A stretch of 42,591 nt of DNA from Jimgerdemannia flammicorona (taxonomy: Eukaryota), in assembly GCA_003990765.1 (NCBI GenBank), contig RBNJ01000087.1:1-42591 (forward strand). Reading direction: 5' to 3'. Shown in pieces: positions 35,181 to 42,591 of this stretch (positions within the stretch are counted from its first letter, which is position 1; each line of letters opens with the position of its first letter). Position numbers and translations under genes: made by a program. The notes under the pieces were generated by a model. The model was not told where the DNA came from, made no database searches, and saw only the letters and a list, made by a program, of their open reading frames with translations.

Positions 35181-37699
35181 CTTATATGCTAGACATGTCC
35201 ATATTGTAATGTGTCTGGCTCAATAGTGGCAAATTACAAGGTTGGGAGTTGATGTAGTTTGGCTTGAGCCCCCAGTTACTTTGTCAAAAGCAATAAAATT
35301 TTCTTATAGTTCCTGAGGTCCTTGGTGGTATTTAGTGGTATAATATTTAAAGCTAGATATCTGTGAGCAATTCTGATGATTTTCTTATTGAGACAGATTT
35401 TTAGATATAGTGATAATTTTGTATGTATGGCATAGGCAATTTGTATAATAGTCTCTATATAATATAATAATCTTCTTATATATGACAATCTGGTAATTTA
35501 GCAGTTTTCCTTCTTAGGTAGTAGTGATCTCTACATGATAATCTCTATATAGTGTGATAATCTCCAAAAGTATGTAATTTCTATGTGATAATCTTAGTAG
35601 TACTCCTTATGCAGATTTAGTGAATAACTTAATTTGGTATAGATTTTCCTGAATCAGACTTACTGGGAATAACAACTTGACAGTTCTTCTAGGAATGACA
35701 GATAATTTAGATAGCATAGATTCTTCTGAATTGGCTCACTGGGAATTGTACTGATGGCAGATAATTTGGATAACTCAGATAACTCAGATATTGTAGATTC
35801 TTCCTGAATTGACTCACTGGAAACATGTGAATAACTTGAATGATACAGATAATTTGGATAACTTGGATGTCATGGATTCTTGGCAAAGTTATATCAAAGG
35901 CTAGCTTCATTTGTACAAATGAGTCATTGCAAAGTTGTATTAAGAGACTGACTTGTGGTAAGGTTCCTTATAGCAGGCTCTCTAGAAATGCAGATAACTT
36001 GGAAATAGTGGTGAAGTCCTTCACTTGAACTAGGCAGAAAACTGCAGCTTATTCCTTAAGTGGTAGATTTTTCTTCAAAAAGTAGTAAAGTTCTTTCTTG
36101 AACTTTGACAGCAAATCTTCTGACTTAGTCTGGCAAGCATACCAATCAATCTTTGTATTGGAAAGTGGATTAGAGTAAAAAGAAGACCAATGCTCAATCT
36201 TTAGAGGCTTCTTTGGTATTTGTATTTCAGACTAAGGTTTATTTACTCTTATCTCTAGAGTATTTTATACATTGTGGTTGCTATCTGATTGCTATCTGGA
36301 TAATTATAGATTTACCATTTCTGGTAATATTTGGATATATCCATAGGACATAAGCATGTCCACCAGATATAGGTGTATCTTCAGGACACAGATAAATAAC
36401 CCTAATTCAGTATTCTGACTAATTATAAGTATAACATATATAAGTAACTATAATATACTGAGAGTTTGTGTTATCTGGCTATATTATACTATTTGCTCAT
36501 CACATCAGCCCCTACTGAAGGATAGTTTGTCTCAGACTATTCTTCAGTCATCATCTTAATAAGTATAAGTAGCTTCTACATATATACTAGTTCTATCATC
36601 TTCATTATCTATACTATAGTCACTCTATTCTAAAGGCTCTTCTTCTTTCTTGGGAAATAGGATCTCAACTTGGTGAATAATACTGAGGTAGATAGACAGG
36701 GTCATTTTTTGGAGATTATTTAGAGAGAACTAGGCCTAGATTAGAGCTGAAGGGTTTCATTTGTAGATTGTGTATAATATTTCTATAGCAGTAGTATTTC
36801 TTCTGTTTAGGTCAGTAGTGTTATAAATATAGGCTAGGTCTGAGAGAAGAAGATCTATAATTATTCTCCAATTGTATAGTAGGCTTACAGCTAGTAGACC
36901 TAGAGTAGTCTCTCAACCAGAGTGAGGTTTTCTTAATGGACCTGGATTCTTTGAAGATATATTTCTAGTGCTCTGCAAACCCAATCCGATTAACCTGAAA
37001 CCTGACCTGTAAAACAGCCAACCCAGAATTAGATATCACTTGTCTTTAATCCAATTCAGAATTATACATCACCCATCTTTAACCCAACCTAGAATTATAC
37101 ATCACCTGACTTTAACCTGATCTAGAATTATACATCACCTATCTTTAACCCAACCCAGAAAGATACATTACCCATCTTTAATCTGACCCAGAATTAAATA
37201 TAACCCATCTTTAATCTGATCTGGAAATATATGTCACCTGATCTATTATTTACCCTTAACCCAAACCTAAATCTGACCTCTGAACCTGACCCTGAACCCA
37301 ACCTCTGAACCCGACCCTGAACTCAACCCTCTGAACTCTGCCCTGAAAAAATGATTCAGATAATATTTAGATAATATTCAGAGCAATTAGAAGTGAAAAA
37401 TATCTGAAGACCACCAAGAATCCAAAAATATGTATATATAAATTGTATTTATACACAAGCTGTTTTGACATTCAGTTCTTAGCTTACTAGCAATAGAAAA
37501 AATACATTCAGATAGAACAGATGTTACCAAAATAACAAAATAATTATAAGCCATTTGTGAAAGATTAAGATATACTGACTGATTTCACTATCACCAATCC
37601 AGTATATCTATATGAGGATTAGCTAAATTCTCTGACAAATAATTGAAATAGAGAAATATGAGTGAAAATTAACCAAGTCAACCAAAAAACATAAAAACA

Positions 37700-39550
37700 A
37701 CACTCACTATTCAAGCTCATCATCTATATCAACATGCTGTTTCTTCTCATATATTAAGTTGATAAAATCATTGGCATTACAGGATATTGAGGATATAATG
37801 ATAGTATTAACAGGCTTATACTCTTTTTCCCAGATACATTCTATCTGATTCTTCCATTCATCAATTAAGGATTTTTTCTATTGCTCATAATGGAAATAAT
37901 ACATATTGATATATGGATCTAAGACTGAAGCTATGCTGTATAATAGTGTCATCTTGTAGTAATACTTTAGAAGTTTCATATGTATTCTTAGCAGCAGTAA
38001 GTATTATCTATAAAAAATAAAAAATAAATGGAAATATATACATATTACTTCCCAATTACTTACTAAATTAGTTCCTAAATTCACAAATAAAATTACTTTC
38101 AAAATCATATATATATCTAATTAAAATGTTCATCAGTTTGATATATCGATAACATCTTCAAGATGATCATATAGCCAATTAAATAGTGAGATAACAGCCA
38201 CTATTATAGAATACTTCAAAGCTGATATTACAGTTGTCACTTTGGCAAAAGGCTTGAGAAATCAGCAAATCAATTCAAATTATTGCTATATATTTTCAGA
38301 TATATTGCTCATTTGCTTATCTATGATATATAATATATCTAAGCCCTATTTAGATATAATATCAATTTATTTAGTACCAAAATACTTCTGAATCATATTC
38401 CAAAATCTATACAAATAGATTCAAAATCTTACCTTATGAATCTTCAGAGCATATACTAACATTTCATGTATAGAACTCCATCTTGTCATAATATCTAAGA
38501 GAGGCTTCAAAATAGGAATTCCAGAGGATTTACAGACCTTCATCAGTTATACTTGTCATTGTACTGAATTTTTGATCTTCTTTATTAACTCTTGTAGCTT
38601 TCCAATGGATTCACTAAGAGAACCAAGAGCATCATAAATAACAAGATTCAACATATGTCCGAAATAGTATATATGAGCAAGCAGATGATGGAGATTCTCA
38701 AACAGAGTATTATTATTACTGGTATTGTCACATACAACAGTAATGATTTGATTATCACTAGGCAATAAATCATCTATTATCAGCTCCAGACTTTTTACAA
38801 GATTGGTACCCATGTATATTATTTCACTGATATTTACAAAGTCTAAGATAATGTCATATATCTTCCAATCACTGTCAATCCAATGGGCTGTTATTCTAAG
38901 GAAGGCCTTGATGTTAATATCTGATATCTAATAATCAAGTATAAGTGATGCCTTCGACTTGAGCCCTACTAGCCTTGCTTTTACTTGAGTCTATAATAGT
39001 TCAAATTTCTTTCAAATAACTCACAAAATTATATCAGTCAATGGAAATTTTTATCACTTAAAGTCTTGTTAGTATATTCCTATTTGTAATAATAAAATTT
39101 GATGAATTATTTTCTAATAACCTCCTAAGTACTTCTTGAATTCCATTCTATCCATACTTATAATATCATTTTTCTTAGACCAGTAAGGATTCTCAGCATG
39201 CTGGAGAGGTAAGAGTATGGTATTGTGATGCTTTCAGAGATGTCATTTAAGATTATTGATATATATTACTGTCCTTTGATATATAGCTCCAAGTTATACA
39301 ATGGTTGCAACTAATGAACTTACTTTATAAATTCTATTTGAATAGAGAGATATGAGACTATATTAAAACCTCAACTACTTACAACTGATCATCCTTATGA
39401 CTGACCACCCTTATGACTGATGAGACCAACTACCTCTATAAATGTAACTATTAGTATAATGTATAAAACTACCTTTGTGGAATAATTCCATACTTAGCTA
39501 TTATCAGATTTTGTTTTTATTTTTATTCTCATGCTCATTGGTGATAATGA
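37700..39550 (-). pseudogene. hAT transposase pseudogene with introns
   Basis: Motifs ASLILDY*ISD..AFLRITAHWID, VVCDNTSNN, HIYYFGHMLNLVI, LLDIMTRWSS and ASVLDP, plus a BED-finger-like CNHC near 39305. Many stop codons. Confidence 0.88.
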
Positions 39551-40050
39551 ACTAGTGGAGATATCTGATATATCCTCCAATATATCCTCTGATATATTCT
39601 CCAATATATCATCCAATAGTTCTGCGATTTCTCCTAAATATACTTCTTAATCTTTAGATATATTAAAAAGTATTTAATGATAGCAGGGACTGAGAGCTTG
39701 AGTGGGAGGCTGAGAGCTGGAAAGTGACTAGGAAGTGGTGAGTTAGGGAGTGGCAAACTGGGGAATGAGCTGGGGGGGTAGTGAACTAGGGGGTGGGGAG
39801 TTGGGGGGAGGCAGTGAGTGATAGAGAAAGCCAGGAACTGTGGGGCCTGGAACAGGAGTCAGTAAGCTGGGGGGCAGCAAGATGGAGAGCAGCAAGATAG
39901 CAGCATAAGATATGATAGCTAATGATCAATTGTGGATAGAGGATAGATGAATAAATATACACAGGTAGTAAACTGGTACCTATTATACAACTGCAAACAG
40001 CAAACATACTTTGGAGATTTAATGTGTTCTATATGATTTAGCATATTTTG

Positions 40051-40580
40051 TATAAGCCCCAATTGAGCAAGGTTTGCAATAATGTTTGAGCAAGATTTGT
40101 AGTACATTTGAGCAAGATTTGCAGTGAGGTTCAAGTAAGATTTGTAAGCAAGATTAAAGTGAGATTTGTAAGTAAGATTAAAGTGAGATTTGTAAGCAAG
40201 ATTAAAGCAAGATTTGTAAGTAAGATTAAAGCAAGATTTGTATAAGCCAGGCTTTGCAAGTTTTGTGCTTACAAGTCTAGATAAGCTCAGTTACAAGCTG
40301 ATATGATATGTATATAAGCTGATATCACATAATATCAGCTATCAGCTAAGCTTACAAGTACAAGGCTTGCAAAGCCTGGCTTATATAAATCTCACTTTAA
40401 TCTTACTTACAAATCTCACTCAAACCTCACTGCAAATCTTACTGCAAATCTTACTCAAATGCACCACAAATCTTACTCAAATATCATTGCAAACCTTGCT
40501 CCACTCAGTCTGACAGGCTAATAATAAGCTGATATCATATGATATCAGCTATCAGCTGAGTGGAGCAAAGCTTGCACTTA
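40051..40580. repeat. Nested foldback/MITE complex with a 20-bp tandem array
   Basis: Inverted arms ~40064-40275 and ~40350-40503. About five gatttgtaag(c/t)aagattaaa units at 40139-40240. Inner perfect inverted repeat tataagccaggctttgcaag (40241) and cttgcaaagcctggcttata (ending 40385). Confidence 0.8.
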
Positions 40581-41329
40581 TGTTTATACTTATGCTTACA
40601 ATCCAGAGCTTTTCTTACTATATTTTACTCCTCTTGTATTCCACTCCTCTTGTACAACCCTCACATATTCCTCTACCTCCCTCACTCTCATTTCTCAGAT
40701 TGCAAACAATATGCAATTTAGAAATGGATTTTGAAAGAGATTTTGAAGAGATTCTAAAAGAGATTTTAAAAAGATTCTGAAAGAGCTTCTGAAAGAGATT
40801 TTGGAGAGATTCTGAAAGAGCTTCTGAAAGATATTATTTAAGATATCAAAATCTTACTTTTATCTCTCATTCTTTTCATCTTGTCCTTTACTTCACCTCA
40901 TCCTTTGCTTTGTCTCACTTAATTCACTGCTATGTTGAGAAAATATAGATATGACTGCCTGGCCAATAAGTATTTACTTGGCCCCCCTCAAGCTCAATGC
41001 ACTTCAGCTCACCATTCTAAAGCTTGGCACTCTAAAGATGCTCAGCTTACCAATACCCAGTCTGCTGAGCTTGCCAACATCCAGCCTGCTGAGCTTACTG
41101 ACACTCAGATTGCTGAGCTTGCCAACTCCCAGTTTGCTGACCCTTAGCTCTCTGATCTCCAGCTTGACCACCAGCTCACTACTGGTCTATAAGCATAAGG
41201 TCCCTCACCAGATCCCAATAATGTAGCTTGAAAAAGTTAATTTTTGTTTTTTTTTCTTTTTAAATCAATGTTTGAATTTTTTTCCTAATAACATTCGAAA
41301 TATACATATCCTCCAGCTTCTAAGCCTGG

Positions 41330-42157
41330 GCCAGAGTACAAATCTTGCTACAATTGCCATTTTTGCCATTAAGTTTACCCAAGCACTATCTGGAAGCATT
41401 GTCAAACCAATTTCTCAGATACCCTAAACCTCATAGAGAAAAGACCTTACAAATCAAACATTAAGCATACTTTCACTGTAGCCAATAAATATATTAAGAA
41501 AGTACATGATGACTAACTGAGGCAAAAAGTCATAAGAGTGATAGAAAACTATATGAAAATTATAGAATATTTATCATACTATACCAGCTTCAAGGTGAAT
41601 ACCAAAACATAGAACAAGCAAGATTGTCCAGATGAAATTATCATCATAGATGAATATAAAAAACTGCTGGCCATATTTGAATGAGTACTGGTGAAGAATG
41701 ACAAAATACTTTATATATGACTAATAGATAGCAGGCTTGTGTATTTTGTTGAAGAGGGTAGTGGTGAAGAAGATAGAGAGGTGGGAGAGGTCAGTATGGA
41801 GGAGGTTGGTGTGGGGGATGTTGGCATAGAGAAATATGGGGAGGTTAGTATAGAGGAGATCAGTACAGGAGAGGTTGGTGCAGAGGAACATGAGAGGTTG
41901 GCATGGGGAAGGTCAGCATAGAGGAACATGGAGAGGTTGGCATGGGGAGATTAGTACAGAGGAACATGAAGGTTGGTGCAGAGGAATACAGGGAGGTCAG
42001 TGTGGAGGATGAAATGAAGGTTAGTGTAGAGGAGGTTAGTGTAGAGAAGAATATAAAGAAGGATGATATAGAGGAAAGTGGTTTGGAATATATAGAGGAA
42101 GATGGTTTGGAATATGAGAAGGAGAAGGATCAGTTGGTTTATAGCAATGAAGAGTAA
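41330..42157 (+). pseudogene. Second, divergently oriented ORF relic inside the hAT element, with an acidic C-terminus
   Basis: One frame reads LIEKRPYKSNIKHTF..VHDD*LRQKVIRVIENY..CPDEIIIIDEYKKLLAIFE*VLVKND.., with stops that C>T/G>A changes could explain, followed by E-rich repeats. Confidence 0.55.
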
Positions 42158-42591
42158 GATCTGTTCACACTAGTGAGTTCTTTATTTTTCTGATTTACTT
42201 CCTATTTATTTCTGATTTCATTTTGATTTCTGATTCCTAATTATATTTCTATTTATTTATTCTAAATATATATCTTATATATGCAATATATATTTTTTTA
42301 TAGCTTGTAGCTTAAAGATGGGTCACATATATTTCTTAGATCAGGTTAAAGACAGATTATGTATAATTCTAGATCAGATTAAAGATGAGTGATATATATT
42401 TCTGGGTTGGGTTAAAGATGGGTGATATTTGATTCTGGGTTGGGTTAAAGATAGGTGATATGTATTTCTGAATCAGGTTAAAGATAGGTGATATATATTT
42501 CCAGATAGGGTTAAAGATAGGTTATATATAATTTCAGGTTAACTGTTTTACAGATTGGGTTTTGAGTTAATCAGGTCAAGTTTGTAGAATA

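Larger units (their letters stand above)
36966..42591 (-). mobile_element. hAT-superfamily DNA transposon (~5.6 kb), degenerate; right TIR cut by the window end
   Basis: Left end tagtgctctgcaaacccaatccgattaacc matches the reverse complement of the last ~50 nt of the window. Inverted subterminal arrays at 37020-37240 and 42310-42540. Internal transposase relic. Confidence 0.88.

Noticed and set aside
37020-37340. Regularly spaced ~33-bp repeats as a CRISPR array
   Set aside because: No unique spacers or cas genes. They are subterminal hAT repeats mirrored at 42310-42540.

Overview
Eukaryotic, fungal-type DNA with spliceosomal GT-AG introns. An early-diverging fungus such as a Mucoromycota is my inference from gene style and content, not something proven. 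The window has two sharply different halves. Positions 1-~21.7 kb are CpG-rich gene space. They hold a 9-exon GH47 alpha-1,2-mannosidase, an intronless KpsF/GutQ-type SIS+CBS sugar-phosphate isomerase, a damaged P-loop ATPase (degenerate Walker B plus a frameshift), a small secreted prepropeptide, a GPI-type kelch protein, and a Cys-rich Ser/Thr-stalked GPI protein bracketed by ~0.7 kb direct repeats. Positions ~21.7-42.6 kb are a nested transposon graveyard: three Ty1/Copia relics, a Gypsy relic, two poly(A) retro-insertions with TSDs, foldback MITEs and a ~5.6 kb hAT element carrying a second ORF. The graveyard is almost CpG-free. It shows directional C>T/G>A hypermutation that includes CpA>TpA and TpG>TpA changes in invariant motifs, which is a RIP-like signature and the most striking signal in the window. 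Exon and element boundaries were read by eye.
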